Position numbers and translations under genes: made by a program | The notes under the pieces: model-generated | Database searches by the model: none | What the model saw: only the letters and a program-made list of their open reading frames with translations | Told to the model about the DNA's origin: nothing | Shown: piece by piece, positions 1-9,550 of the stretch | Layout of the letters: each line of letters starts with the position of its first letter | Position numbering within the stretch: position 1 is the stretch's first letter | From: Patescibacteria group bacterium | Lineage (GTDB): Bacteria > Patescibacteriota > UBA1384 > XYA2-FULL-43-10 > 1-14-0-10-43-13 | Length of the DNA stretch: 64,000 nt | Reading direction: 5' to 3' | Assembly: GCA_041649155.1 (NCBI GenBank) | Contig: JBAZNP010000001.1 | Location: 3,581-67,580 of the forward strand

Positions 1-2113
1 TATAAGTTGCAGGATTTGACCTTGGTGATTTTCCGATCGGAGATTGATCAATATTAATGACTTTGTCAATTTCTTCTGTTCCTTCGATTCTTTCGTGCTT
101 GCCCGGTTCATCTTTTGCCCGATAAAACTTCTGAGCCAAAGATTTAGCTAAAATATCATTAACCAAACTAGATTTACCAGAACCGGAGACACCTGTTACA
201 CAGGTTAAAGTATTTAATGGAATTTTAGCATTAACATTCTTTAAATTATTTTCTTTTGCCCCGATAATGGAAATATATTTGCCAATGCCGGAATGTCTGA
301 CCTTCGGCACATCAATCTTTTTTGCGCCAGACAGATATTGCCCTGTGATAGATTCAGAATTTTTCATAACTTCTCTTGGTACCCCTTCTGCAATAACTTT
401 GCCGCCGTGCTCTCCGGCACCAGGACCAATATCAATTACCCAGTCTGCCGCCATTATCGTTTCTTCATCGTGCTCAACCACAATGACAGTATTGCCAATA
501 TCACGCAAATGCTTCAACGTCTTTAAAAGCCTTGAATTATCGCGCTGATGAAGCCCGATTGACGGCTCATCTAGAATATATAGAACACCCATTAATCCCG
601 ATCCGATCTGAGTAGCAAGACGTATTCTCTGTGCTTCACCGCCAGCCAACGTGACCGAGTTTCTGTTGATAGTCAAATACGGCAAACCAACATCCATCAA
701 AAATTCCAATCTCTGTCTTATTTCTTTGATGATTTGGGTTGCAATTTGCATCTGTTCCAAGTTCAATCTAGTCGGTAATGTCTTAAAAAATTCTAAAGCA
801 TTTTCGATTGTCATTTCAGAAATATCAACAATGTTTTTACTGTCAATTAAAATGCCTAGTACTTCTTTTTTCAATCTTCTTCCATCGCAAACCGGACACT
901 TTTTAATGACCATATATTTTTCAATTTCTTTACGAATGTAATCGGATTGTGTTTCTTTGTGTCTTCTTTCAAGGTTTGGTATTACGCCTTCATACTTTGC
1001 CTCATATCCCCTCACATTAAAAGTTTCTTCCTTTTTACCATATAGAATGATTTTTAAATCATCTTTTGAGAGTTTTGAAATGGGTTTATTTAAATCAATA
1101 TTATATTTTTCTGCCGCTGCTTCAAGAATTGAAAAATACCAAGTCGAATTAGCCGCACTTCTTACCCATGGTCTAATTGCTCCTTCATTTATTGTTAATT
1201 TGGAATTTGGCAATATCAGACAAGGATCAATTTCCTGTCTTATTCCAAGCCCCTGACAGGCAGAACATGCTCCATGTGGAGAATTGAACGAAAAAGAACG
1301 TGGCGCAACTTCCGGCATAGAAATACCGCAATCAGGGCAGGCAAATAGTTCAGAATATGGTGTTTCTTTGCTGGTCTCAAAGTCAAACAAAGTTATTTTA
1401 CCTTTTGAAAGTCCTAATCCCTTTTCGATCGATTCATATAAACGCTTTTTGTTTGACTCATCTATTGCATCGGGCTCCAAAATCAAACGATCGATAACCA
1501 CCTCAATAGAATGTTTTTTCTGCCTATCAAGGTCTTTGGATTCAGCCTCCTCTAGATCCATAATAATCCCGTCAACCCTAACCCTTGAATATCCGGCTTT
1601 CAGTATTTGTCCGAAGACATCTTTATGCTCACCTCTTTTATCGATAACCAAAGGAGATAAAATAGCAATCCTTTTGGTTGTTTTTATATTTTTTATAATT
1701 TGCTCAACGATTTGGCCAACCGTTTGTCTTGTTACGGGTTTTCCACATTGAGGACAGTGCATTACACCCGCTCTGGCAAAAAGAAGCCTTAAATAGTCAT
1801 AAATTTCGGTTACAGTACCAACTGTAGATCGCGGATTTCTAGATGCTGATTTTTGATCGATAGAAATTGCCGGCGAAAGTCCTTCTATATGGTCAACATC
1901 AGGTTTTTCCATAATTCCCAAAAATTGCCGGGCATAAGACGATAATGATTCAACATATCTTCTTTGTCCTTCAGCATAAATAGTATCAAAAGCCAGTGAG
2001 GACTTACCTGAACCTGAAAGTCCCGTAATCACGACTAATTTATCTCTTGGTATTTCAAGAGAGATATTTTTTAAATTATGCTCTCTTGCACCAGTAATTT
2101 TAATTGAATTCAT
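1..2113 (-). CDS. uvrA: Excinuclease ABC subunit A (3' part runs off the window)
   Basis: Manual minus-strand translation from ATG 2113: [58 protein letters not shown]; later [29 protein letters not shown] and a second Walker A GVSGSGKS. Missing from the ORF track because it is truncated. Confidence 0.97.
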   Translation of the reverse strand, partial: MNSIKITGAREHNLKNISLEIPRDKLVVITGLSGSGKSSLAFDTIYAEGQRRYVESLSSYARQFLGIMEKPDVDHIEGLSPAISIDQKSASRNPRSTVGTVTEIYDYLRLLFARAGVMHCPQCGKPVTRQTVGQIVEQIIKNIKTTKRIAILSPLVIDKRGEHKDVFGQILKAGYSRVRVDGIIMDLEEAESKDLDRQKKHSIEVVIDRLILEPDAIDESNKKRLYESIEKGLGLSKGKITLFDFETSKETPYSELFACPDCGISMPEVAPRSFSFNSPHGACSACQGLGIRQEIDPCLILPNSKLTINEGAIRPWVRSAANSTWYFSILEAAAEKYNIDLNKPISKLSKDDLKIILYGKKEETFNVRGYEAKYEGVIPNLERRHKETQSDYIRKEIEKYMVIKKCPVCDGRRLKKEVLGILIDSKNIVDISEMTIENALEFFKTLPTRLNLEQMQIATQIIKEIRQRLEFLMDVGLPYLTINRNSVTLAGGEAQRIRLATQIGSGLMGVLYILDEPSIGLHQRDNSRLLKTLKHLRDIGNTVIVVEHDEETIMAADWVIDIGPGAGEHGGKVIAEGVPREVMKNSESITGQYLSGAKKIDVPKVRHSGIGKYISIIGAKENNLKNVNAKIPLNTLTCVTGVSGSGKSSLVNDILAKSLAQKFYRAKDEPGKHERIEGTEEIDKVINIDQSPIGKSPRSNPATY

Positions 2114-2265
2114 AAATAGTATGATAAAAAATTCAGTCAAAGAAAAACTTAGGAAAGTATACCACTTTGGCTTTTTTTTATCAACACATCGGAAGAAAAA
2201 TTCGAGTTGCAACCAGCTAGTCCTTTGGTTATAATCTAATCAAGCTATTTAACTAAGGAGAAATT

Positions 2266-2697
2266 ATGGAGAACAATGTTGACACCATCATCGGTATTAA
2301 CGTTATTTTAAAAGGAAATTTGAGAAACAAGGGTTCAATTCAAATTAATGGTACAGTCGATGGCGAAGTGAAAAGTGATGAAAATATAAACATCGGAGAA
2401 ACCGCAAAGATTAATGGACCTGTGGTTGCTAAAACAATCGAAATATCCGGCGAAGTGAAAGGCTTAGTAGAGGCTACAGAACGGCTGGAAGTTAATCCAA
2501 CAGGTAAAGTGTTTGGTGATATAAATGCTAAGAGCCTCATTATAAAGCAGGGCGCTAAATTTATTGGTAAAAGCATTATGCCTAGTTCTGGCAATACTGA
2601 AGTAGCTAAAACTGAAATAAAACCAGAAGGAACCAAAAAGGAAATCTCTGTTGATGAAAAAGCCGAAGACAAATTCGGATTTTTTGGAAAAAAATAA
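2266..2697 (+). CDS. Bactofilin / polymer-forming cytoskeletal protein
   Basis: T-I-IG...GNL...INGTVDGEV...IGETAKINGPV beta-helix pattern, IIKQGAKFIG; SD AAGGAG upstream. Confidence 0.9.
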   Translation: MENNVDTIIGINVILKGNLRNKGSIQINGTVDGEVKSDENINIGETAKINGPVVAKTIEISGEVKGLVEATERLEVNPTGKVFGDINAKSLIIKQGAKFIGKSIMPSSGNTEVAKTEIKPEGTKKEISVDEKAEDKFGFFGKK

Positions 2698-2791
2698 TTA
2701 TTAGTTGTCAGTTGTCGGTAAATCAGTTATCAGTCTTTTGTTTTAATAAGACTGTGAGCTGTGAACTGTGAACTGTGAACTTGACGACGCC

Positions 2792-3565
2792 ATGTATTAT
2801 TACATATTCGATATAAAAAAATTTGCAAAAAGCTCACAGGTTGAAAACCTCAAAAACTATCTTGGCGGTCTTGGCATTTCTGGAGAATTTACATATCCTA
2901 CTCCGGCTCAAAATGTTGAAGAGTTGGTTGATCTTGGGCTAAGCAAACAATATACTACCATTGTCGCAATTGGCGGAGACGAGCTTGCCAATATAGTTGC
3001 GGGCAAATTAGTCGGCAGAAAAGAAGCTATGGGTTTTATACCGATAGATGCTTCTCCATCTCTTTGTCAACTAATCGGTAGCAATAGTTGGAAAGAAGCT
3101 TGTGACATCTTAAGGTTCAGAAAACTGAACGAAATAAGAATTGGAAAGACAGCATCACAAAAATATTTTCTAACCCACGTAGATTTGCAAATTAAAAATC
3201 CTACTGAAATCACTCTTGAACTTAAAGATTTTATTATTCAAACCACAGCAACAAGCCTGATGATTTCTAACTTTAATCCCTCAATTAAAAAAATAGGCGA
3301 TGATTTTTTGGATATTGTAATGACTAGCACTCATCCAACAAGTTCAATTTTATCTAAAATTAATATTTTTCGGGGCAAAAAAAGAGAAGATGAACTTGCA
3401 AATTCACTCTTAAGAGCAAGATCCTTGCGAATTTTTACGAAAAATCAAATTCCTATCAGCGCAAGTAATTATACTTTAGCAAAATCACCTCAATTAATAG
3501 AAAGTACCGACGAGTATTTACGCTTAATTACGACCAAAAAAGCAGAAATTTCTCCGGAAAAGTGA
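2792..3565 (+). CDS. Diacylglycerol/lipid kinase family protein (divergent)
   Basis: IVAIGGDE and MGFIP motifs resemble the DAGK catalytic domain. Start placed at ATG 2792 because the upstream extension is heptamer repeat. Confidence 0.65.
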   Translation: MYYYIFDIKKFAKSSQVENLKNYLGGLGISGEFTYPTPAQNVEELVDLGLSKQYTTIVAIGGDELANIVAGKLVGRKEAMGFIPIDASPSLCQLIGSNSWKEACDILRFRKLNEIRIGKTASQKYFLTHVDLQIKNPTEITLELKDFIIQTTATSLMISNFNPSIKKIGDDFLDIVMTSTHPTSSILSKINIFRGKKREDELANSLLRARSLRIFTKNQIPISASNYTLAKSPQLIESTDEYLRLITTKKAEISPEK

Positions 3566-3689
3566 TACGGTTGCTCCTTACTCATGTAGCCCACACTTCA
3601 GCGTGTTTTCGCCCCAAACAGGCTAAAGCCTGATCTACAAATAATGGAGGACTAGCAGTGGATACCCATAAAATAATTCACTGAGTCTT

Positions 3690-4442
3690 ATGAAAAAAAA
3701 TATTATTACGCTCCTAATAGTAATTCTCCTCATAACTTCTGCACTCCTGATCTATAAAAATCGATCTAAAATTAAAAATGAGGTTAATCTCGAAAAAAGC
3801 GAGGTTATTTTATCGGAACCGGAAACAAAAAATACGAATGAAAACTCAGATCAAACCAAAACAGCAACAGAACAATCATTGCCTGATTCAGCGATTATCA
3901 AAATGCCTTTCCTAGTTCAGGCACCATTTGCAAATTGGGATCCCACGCATGAAGACGCCTGTGAAGAAGCAAGTTTAATTATGGTTTATCACCACATAAA
4001 TAAAACCAACATCTCCGGACAAGATCAGGGTGAAAAAGAAATTCTAGACTTAGTTAATTACGAAGGTCAGAATGGCTACGGATTAAGTATAACGTTAGAA
4101 CAGCTAGCAAATATTTCAAAGTCTTATTTTGGTTTAAAAAACCCGAGAATTGTAGAGGACGTAACAATAGAAAATATTAAAGCGGAAATTGCCGATGGAA
4201 AATCTGTGATCATACCGGCAGCAGGTAAAATATTGCCAAATCCCAATTTTAAAAATGGCGGACCAAATTATCACATGCTGGTCGTTAAAGGCTACGGCGA
4301 CGGCTATTTTATCACCAACGATCCAGGCACAAAAAACGGTGAAGGCTTTAAATATAAATATGAAGACCTAATCAATGCAATTCACAATTGGAATGCGGAT
4401 AATATTTTAAACGGAGAAAAAGCCTATTTAGTCTTTGACTAA
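3690..4442 (+). CDS. Membrane-anchored C39-like cysteine peptidase
   Basis: N-terminal TM; PFLVQAPFANW..DACEEAS (Cys), YHMLVVKGY (His), ITNDPG (Asp). Confidence 0.8.
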   Translation: MKKNIITLLIVILLITSALLIYKNRSKIKNEVNLEKSEVILSEPETKNTNENSDQTKTATEQSLPDSAIIKMPFLVQAPFANWDPTHEDACEEASLIMVYHHINKTNISGQDQGEKEILDLVNYEGQNGYGLSITLEQLANISKSYFGLKNPRIVEDVTIENIKAEIADGKSVIIPAAGKILPNPNFKNGGPNYHMLVVKGYGDGYFITNDPGTKNGEGFKYKYEDLINAIHNWNADNILNGEKAYLVFD

Positions 4443-5519
4443 TTATTCATTAAGCCAAAACCAGAATTGATTTTTAAGCTCCTCTTGTAATTCGTGGGTA
4501 CTGGCGTGTGATAAGGCGCCAAGATACGAATTTAATGATTGGTCAAGCACATTCCTACTAATTAACCCTGCTTTAAATTCAGCTACTCTTTTTCTTAATT
4601 TCGCGAAGATTCTTCTTTTAGTTTTGGTTCTTAAAAGCCTATGATTAGGAAAAACCACATAGCCTAGAAAGTCAATCCCTTGCCTGATTTTTCGAATTGA
4701 AACTTTGTTTGGATGAAGTTTTAATTTTAAATTTATTTCTAGAAAGAATTGGATTTCAGGGATTAAACTTTCGAGATAAGCATGATCATTTGAGACGATT
4801 ACAAAGTCATCGGTATATCTGGCATAATGTCTGATTTTTAGTTTGTGTTTAATAAACTGATCAAACTCGTTCATATAAATATTGGCAAAAAGCTGGCTAG
4901 TTAAATTTCCGATTGGCAGTCCAGCAGAATTGCTCTCTCTCTCTCTCTCGAATAGCCCCAGCTGCAGAGGAACAGTTTTGCTATAACTGCCGATAATCCC
5001 ACTGAGCAGCCTCATTGTATTTTGATCAGATATTCTTTTTTGAATTATGTTTAATAAAATTTCATGGTCAATCGAGTCAAAAAACTTTTTAATATCGCAC
5101 TTCAAAACATAACAAGGCCCTGTATTATTCTTGCTTACTTGTCGAATAAACTTTGCTAAGCAATCTACGCCCTTATGATTTCCTTTACTAATTCGGCAGG
5201 AAAATGAACTTGAGATGAAAGTCGGCTCGAATATGGGATTGAAAACTCTAAAAATAGCATGGTGGAGCACCCTATCGACAACCGTTGCTTTGTGAATTTC
5301 TCTTAGTTTCGGATCGGTGATAAAGAACGAATAGTAGACACCGTGTTTGTAAGTGTGATACTTTAGATTTCGGTGAAGCTCTAAAGTATTCTCTTCCAGA
5401 TTCCACTCAAATTCCAAAACATCCTTTTTCTTCAGCTTTCCCTTTTTAAATTCATCCCAAGCCAAAAATAGATTGTCGAGAGAAATAATTTGTTCAAAAA
5501 TATTAGTATAAAATTTCAT
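4443..5519 (-). CDS. DGR reverse transcriptase
   Basis: KCDIKKFFDSIDH, GLPIGNLTSQLFANIY (DGR-type SQ motif), YARYTDDF, GIDFLGY; 358 aa with no maturase or HNH domain; next to avd and a TR/VR pair. Confidence 0.96.
   Translation of the reverse strand: MKFYTNIFEQIISLDNLFLAWDEFKKGKLKKKDVLEFEWNLEENTLELHRNLKYHTYKHGVYYSFFITDPKLREIHKATVVDRVLHHAIFRVFNPIFEPTFISSSFSCRISKGNHKGVDCLAKFIRQVSKNNTGPCYVLKCDIKKFFDSIDHEILLNIIQKRISDQNTMRLLSGIIGSYSKTVPLQLGLFERERESNSAGLPIGNLTSQLFANIYMNEFDQFIKHKLKIRHYARYTDDFVIVSNDHAYLESLIPEIQFFLEINLKLKLHPNKVSIRKIRQGIDFLGYVVFPNHRLLRTKTKRRIFAKLRKRVAEFKAGLISRNVLDQSLNSYLGALSHASTHELQEELKNQFWFWLNE
4933..4949. repeat. (CT)8C / (GA)8G microsatellite inside the RT CDS
   Basis: ctctctctctctctctc; encodes ERERES just upstream of GLPIGNLTSQ. 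Confidence 0.95.
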
Positions 5520-5579
5520 ATTCTCTCGTCATTCCGGACTTGATCCGGAATCTATATAAATAATTATGAAGGACAACTC

Positions 5580-5927
5580 ATGCAAGAATTTGACATCCCG
5601 ATTTTTAAGAAAACTTATGATTTCTACAAAAATTTCCATTTACTTAGAGCTAAGATATCAAAGCAGGATCGTTACACTGTTTTTCAAAGGTGTGAAAATG
5701 TCATACTCGATTTGTTGGAAAGAATTTTAGAAGCAAGCCAATTAAGCAAGGCACAGAAACTGCCTGTGCTTGAAAAAGCCAGCTTAAAATTGAACTTTCT
5801 TAGAGTATTTTTGCGACTAATGAAAGATATAAAATCGATTGATCTAAAAATCTACGCTGGTTTTGAGCAGAATGTCGACGAAATCGGAAGAATGCTCGGC
5901 GGTTGGATTAAATCTACTAAAGAATAA
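5580..5927 (+). CDS. avd: DGR accessory variability determinant (Avd-like four-helix bundle)
   Basis: 115 aa, basic; IPIFKKTYD..., K.DRYT, LNFLRVFLRL, EIGRMLGGWIK match the Avd family; lies between RT and TR. Confidence 0.9.
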   Translation: MQEFDIPIFKKTYDFYKNFHLLRAKISKQDRYTVFQRCENVILDLLERILEASQLSKAQKLPVLEKASLKLNFLRVFLRLMKDIKSIDLKIYAGFEQNVDEIGRMLGGWIKSTKE

Positions 5928-6029
5928 GTTCGCTTCGCTTCTTTTTACGCACTGATTTTTGACTAATATATCTTGTAATAAAAGAGGAAGCGCTCATTTT
6001 CACAAGCATTCCCTCTTCGCTCAGGAGAG

Positions 6030-6166
6030 ACTTCGGGAGGAAGCCAGAGGCAGACCCATAGTTGTCGTTCGTATTGTCAACCCTGTTGGTGTCGAACTTG
6101 ACCTTGTCGTCGTTGAAGTTGAAGTACGGAGCCTTGTCGAACTCACCATCGGCCTCAGAATCTTTG
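6030..6166 (-). repeat. DGR template repeat (TR)
   Basis: Ungapped 137-bp match to 6605-6741; all 21 mismatches fall at T on + (A on the minus strand); rich in AAC codons. Confidence 0.97.
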
Positions 6167-6445
6167 CTTTTGTCCATCTATATTCACTGGAAATTGAGCT
6201 TTACTTCCACTTAGCGCAGACTATATGCTCTCTTCCCTGTATTTCATTTGGCAGCAGCTCGATATGTATTCACCGAACATCCGCACCAGACAAAAACAAG
6301 CAGTATCTCCTCAACCAGGTGCACTCTTAGAAACCTTGGTCGCTAAGATTCTGACCTTTCTATTGATTTGAGATTTCGGCGGCAGCAATCCCTGCCTACC
6401 GGCAGGCAAGCGTAAACTACTACACATTAGCCTATTTTCATCGAA

Positions 6446-6475
6446 AGTATACACTAGCACAGCTTAATATTGCAA
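6446..6475 (-). promoter_or_regulatory. Putative sigma70 promoter for the TR RNA
   Basis: Minus strand TTGCAA-N18-TATACT, just downstream of the target-gene terminator and about 280 nt upstream of TR. Confidence 0.5.
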
Positions 6476-6481
6476 AAAAAA

Positions 6482-6522
6482 TGTAAAGAAAACAGGCTAT
6501 TCGTATGGTGGCGAATAGCCTG
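6482..6522 (-). terminator. Intrinsic terminator after the DGR target gene
   Basis: 11-bp stem CAGGCTATTCG/CGAATAGCCTG (6493-6522) followed by TTTTCTTT on the minus strand. Confidence 0.75.
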
Positions 6523-6532
6523 CGCGTAGCGA

Positions 6533-6586
6533 CCGCCTTCGGCGGACAGGATCAAGTGGCAAAGAGCCAAAAGATCCAAGGGATCT
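6533..6586 (-). other. Short hairpins downstream of VR (candidate retrohoming hairpin/cruciform)
   Basis: AGATCC-aag-GGATCT (6572-6586), TGGC-aaaga-GCCA (6557-6569) and CCGCC-ttc-GGCGG (6533-6545, GAA loop on minus strand), 16-70 nt past the stop codon. Confidence 0.6.
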
Positions 6587-6602
6587 AAGAAACAAGGAAC
6601 AA

Positions 6603-7565
6603 CTACTGCGGGAGGAAGCCAGAGGCAGACCCACAGCTGCCGCTCGCAATGCCAACCCTGTCGGTGTCGAACCCGACCCTGACGCCGTCGAAGCCGAAGT
6701 ACGGAGCCTCGTCGAACCCACCAACGGCCCCAGAATCTTTGAACTCATCTCCTGCCATGTCAGCGTGGAGCTGCTCCCAGCGAATGAATCGCTCAGGGTG
6801 AGTCAGCATGATGGCGCCAAACGCGACGCTTCCGAGTCCGAACTCGTTGGTCACGAAGACCTCGCGAGCCCTTCGTACAGATCTGCCACGATGGCGCATG
6901 CCGAGCTGGGCAGCGATAATCAGAATATCGCCTTTCTGTGTCTCGGCGATCTTCTCAAGTGCTTGCGCGGTACGGGCGAGAAGCCTCAGTTGAGCCGGTG
7001 TAATCTGCCCATCACGATAGTTGTAGAACGATCGCATCTCTGCGATCTTGACATGGATGAGCTGGATTGCTCTGCAGTACTTCTCGTCCCGGTCAGTGAC
7101 CTCGGGGAAGTGCTTCAGCGCTATGGCCTCGACAGCGGGGACAGCGAACCATCCTTCTGCTCCCTTAGGGAGCTCGGGCAGGTTCTTCGCGTTCAGGAAC
7201 GCCTCAGTCGGGTCAAGTTCGAAGATCTTGGCGATTGCCGCGATCTGTTCCTCAATTGGCTTCGGTCCCTTATACTCCGGCGGGTAGACGTAGCTGGACG
7301 CCACTTCCTCGTTGGCGAACTGGTTAGTGGCAGAATGCTTCTCGATGGCTTTTCTTATGTCATCTTGAAGTGCGCCACCATTCTCGTTAAGACGCTGTGC
7401 TCGATCCTCGTCGAGCTGAGCCTGGTTGTAGACAGCCTCAAAGAGGCCAGTTGCGTGGAGACCTTTCGGGTCTCTGGACGTGATCAATGCTTTCTGCATC
7501 GTCATCATCCTCCTTGTGTATAGGATTTGCCGTTCCTTGTGTGGAACAAGCACTCTATTGACCAT
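6603..7565 (-). CDS. DGR target (variable) protein; true start probably ATG 7499
   Basis: VR at the C-terminus; SD AAGGAGG about 9 nt before ATG 7499 (MQKAL); clearly more GC-rich than flanking genes; no signal peptide or TM seen. Confidence 0.92.
   Translation of the reverse strand: MVNRVLVPHKERQILYTRRMMTMQKALITSRDPKGLHATGLFEAVYNQAQLDEDRAQRLNENGGALQDDIRKAIEKHSATNQFANEEVASSYVYPPEYKGPKPIEEQIAAIAKIFELDPTEAFLNAKNLPELPKGAEGWFAVPAVEAIALKHFPEVTDRDEKYCRAIQLIHVKIAEMRSFYNYRDGQITPAQLRLLARTAQALEKIAETQKGDILIIAAQLGMRHRGRSVRRAREVFVTNEFGLGSVAFGAIMLTHPERFIRWEQLHADMAGDEFKDSGAVGGFDEAPYFGFDGVRVGFDTDRVGIASGSCGSASGFLPQ
6605..6741 (-). repeat. DGR variable repeat (VR) at the 3' end of the target gene
   Basis: Encodes the C-terminal DSGAVGGFDEAPYFGFDGVRVGFDTDRVGIASGSCGSASGFLPQ; differs from TR only at TR adenines. 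Confidence 0.97.
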
Positions 7566-7722
7566 ATTTTGATCAACAAGGTGCTTGTTCCAAGGTAATT
7601 TTAAAGTTCAATTTACGTTTAATATTATATCATAAAGTGAAAAATAAATCAAGTGGTTGACCAAAGTAACGTTTTGTGATATTTTAATAAGCGTAAAAAT
7701 AAAAAGTTTTCAAGGAGTTAAG

Positions 7723-8247
7723 ATTAGTAAAAACGATAGATTTCTTCGAGCAAACGAGCAAATCAGGTTCTCGCCTCTCATGATTATTGATGAAAATGGT
7801 GAGAAAATGGGAGAAATGTCTCGATTAGATGCCTTAGCCAAAGCCCGCGAAATGGGCCTTGATTTAGTTGAAATAAATCCGACTGCCCGTCCCCCAATTT
7901 GCAAAATCATGGATTTTGGCAGATTTAAATATGATCAGTCTAAAAAGCTGAAGGAAAGTCGAGCAAAGCAAAAAGAAGTTGAGCTCAAAGAAATCAGACT
8001 TACTTTCAAAATCGGTGATCACGACATAGAATATAAGGCAAAAAACGCTAGCGATTTTTTCACACAAGGCAATAAAGTCAAGGTATCAATGAGACTAAGA
8101 GGACGCGAAAATGCTTTTGTGGAAAATGCAATGGAAGTATTTAGAAAATTTGCAGACAAAGCAGGGCTGGATTACGAACACAGGCCGATTAAATCAGGTA
8201 ATCAAATAACAGCAATGCTAGCAGAAAAGAAAAAAGAGAGAGAATAA
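7723..8247 (+). CDS. infC: Translation initiation factor IF-3 (probable ATT start)
   Basis: ANEQIR, GLDLVEI, PPICKIMDFGRFKY, KEIRL, GNKVKV; SD AAGGAG followed by in-frame ATT at 7723. Confidence 0.95.
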   Translation: MSKNDRFLRANEQIRFSPLMIIDENGEKMGEMSRLDALAKAREMGLDLVEINPTARPPICKIMDFGRFKYDQSKKLKESRAKQKEVELKEIRLTFKIGDHDIEYKAKNASDFFTQGNKVKVSMRLRGRENAFVENAMEVFRKFADKAGLDYEHRPIKSGNQITAMLAEKKKERE

Positions 8248-8334
8248 TAAATAAATTAATAATTAGTAAATCAGTTGTCAGTAAATCAGTAATAATACTT
8301 ACGACTTATTCACTTACAACTTACAACTATAATC

Positions 8335-8517
8335 ATGAAACTAAAAACACACAAAGCAACTGTAAAAAGAGTTAAAAGAACACCTGCTGGTAAGCTTCTT
8401 CGAGTGAAAGCTGCAAAAAGCCATCTTTTATCACATAAATCAGACAGAACAAAAATTTCATTGACATTAAGCAAGGCTGATAACGGTAAAGTAAAGAAAT
8501 TAGCCCCATACTTATAA
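8335..8517 (+). CDS. rpmI: 50S ribosomal protein L35
   Basis: MKLKTHKATVKRVKRT..GKL; lies between infC and rplT. Confidence 0.93.
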   Translation: MKLKTHKATVKRVKRTPAGKLLRVKAAKSHLLSHKSDRTKISLTLSKADNGKVKKLAPYL

Positions 8518-8607
8518 ATGTCATTCCAGACTTGATCTGGAATCTATATAAATAGTAGCTGGATCCCGTATCAAGTACGGGATGACAACCAATAAAGTGG
8601 AGACACA

Positions 8608-8949
8608 ATGAGAGTTAAAACAGGCGTAGTCAGAAGAGCTAAGCATAAAAATATATTAAAAAAAGCAAAAGGCTATATCGGACGAAGAAAATCCGTTTTT
8701 AAACTTGCAAAACAAGCTGTAATTAAAGCCGGTCAATATGCTTACCGTGACAGAAGAAACAAGAAAAGAGATTTTCGCTCTCTTTGGATCGTGAAGATTA
8801 ATGCTGCTGTCAGAGAATTTGGCATGAGCTATTCAGAGTTCATTAAAAAACTGTCTGATGCTCAAATACAGATCAACAGAAAAATATTGGCTGACTTAGC
8901 CCAAAACGAACCAGAGACATTTAAAGCGATTGTAGAAAAATTAAAATAG
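8608..8949 (+). CDS. rplT: 50S ribosomal protein L20
   Basis: [43 protein letters not shown]. Confidence 0.98.
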   Translation: MRVKTGVVRRAKHKNILKKAKGYIGRRKSVFKLAKQAVIKAGQYAYRDRRNKKRDFRSLWIVKINAAVREFGMSYSEFIKKLSDAQIQINRKILADLAQNEPETFKAIVEKLK

Positions 8950-9020
8950 CATCCGGTATGGGCTATTTTATCCCGAAGGCACAGCTGAGGGATCTCAATT
9001 AAGATCAATTGAACTAGATA

Positions 9021-9053
9021 TTAAAAAATCCGAGAAAAATCTCGGATTTTTTA
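9021..9053. terminator. Bidirectional intrinsic terminator
   Basis: AAAAAATCCGAGA-aaaa-TCTCGGATTTTTT between convergent rplT and lspA. Confidence 0.8.
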
Positions 9054-9137
9054 ATTTGTCATCCCCGCGAAGACGGAGATCCACAAAAGAAAATACTATC
9101 AGTAGATTCCCGCCTTCGCGGGAATGACAGTGATTGA

Positions 9138-9539
9138 TTATGTTTTTTTGTATATGCTTGACTTAATCATATCTCGAGCAAATATCAAACAACCAGTCAT
9201 TATTAAAATATCTGCCAGATTGAAGGATGGATATTGAAGGATTGAGATATAATCCACACTACCACCATAAATCAATCGATCGACAATGTTTGATATCGAA
9301 CCAGCAGTAATTAGTATAAATGAATTAGTTGAAATTATTTGTTTATTTTCTAAAATTATTATTGAAAATAATATTATTACCGAAAAGAATATCGATAATA
9401 AATTATTTCCGAACAAACCAAATATAAAGCCGCTATTAATGTTGACTTCAAAATATTTCTGTACTAAAAATGATATTGCCTGAAAAACCAAAATTAATGC
9501 AGCAATTATCATATAGATTTTATTTGATATCTTTCTCAA
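9138..9539 (-). CDS. lspA: Lipoprotein signal peptidase II
   Basis: NSGFIFG, GSISNIVDRL..G.SVDYI, FNLAD motifs. Confidence 0.88.
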   Translation of the reverse strand: MRKISNKIYMIIAALILVFQAISFLVQKYFEVNINSGFIFGLFGNNLLSIFFSVIILFSIIILENKQIISTNSFILITAGSISNIVDRLIYGGSVDYISILQYPSFNLADILIMTGCLIFARDMIKSSIYKKT

Positions 9540-9550
9540 GAAAAAAACTA

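Noticed and set aside
267-1751. Five plus-strand ORFs
   Set aside because: Antisense shadows of uvrA, which the ORF track missed because it is truncated by the window.
3586-3639. GTAG..CTAC paired REP-like remnant (also the IS200/605-end-like hairpins at about 19535-19605)
   Set aside because: Single degenerate copies with no associated transposase; too weak to call as elements.
4443-5519. RT as a group II intron or retron
   Set aside because: No maturase/HNH domain or retron VTG motif; the SQ motif, avd and TR/VR identify a DGR.
5917-6330. ORFs 5917-6177 (-) and 5959-6330 (+)
   Set aside because: They overlap TR; the similarity to the target C-terminus is explained by the TR/VR relationship.
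6497-7523. 252-aa plus-strand ORF and smaller overlapping ORFs
   Set aside because: Shadows of the GC-rich DGR target gene; no motifs.
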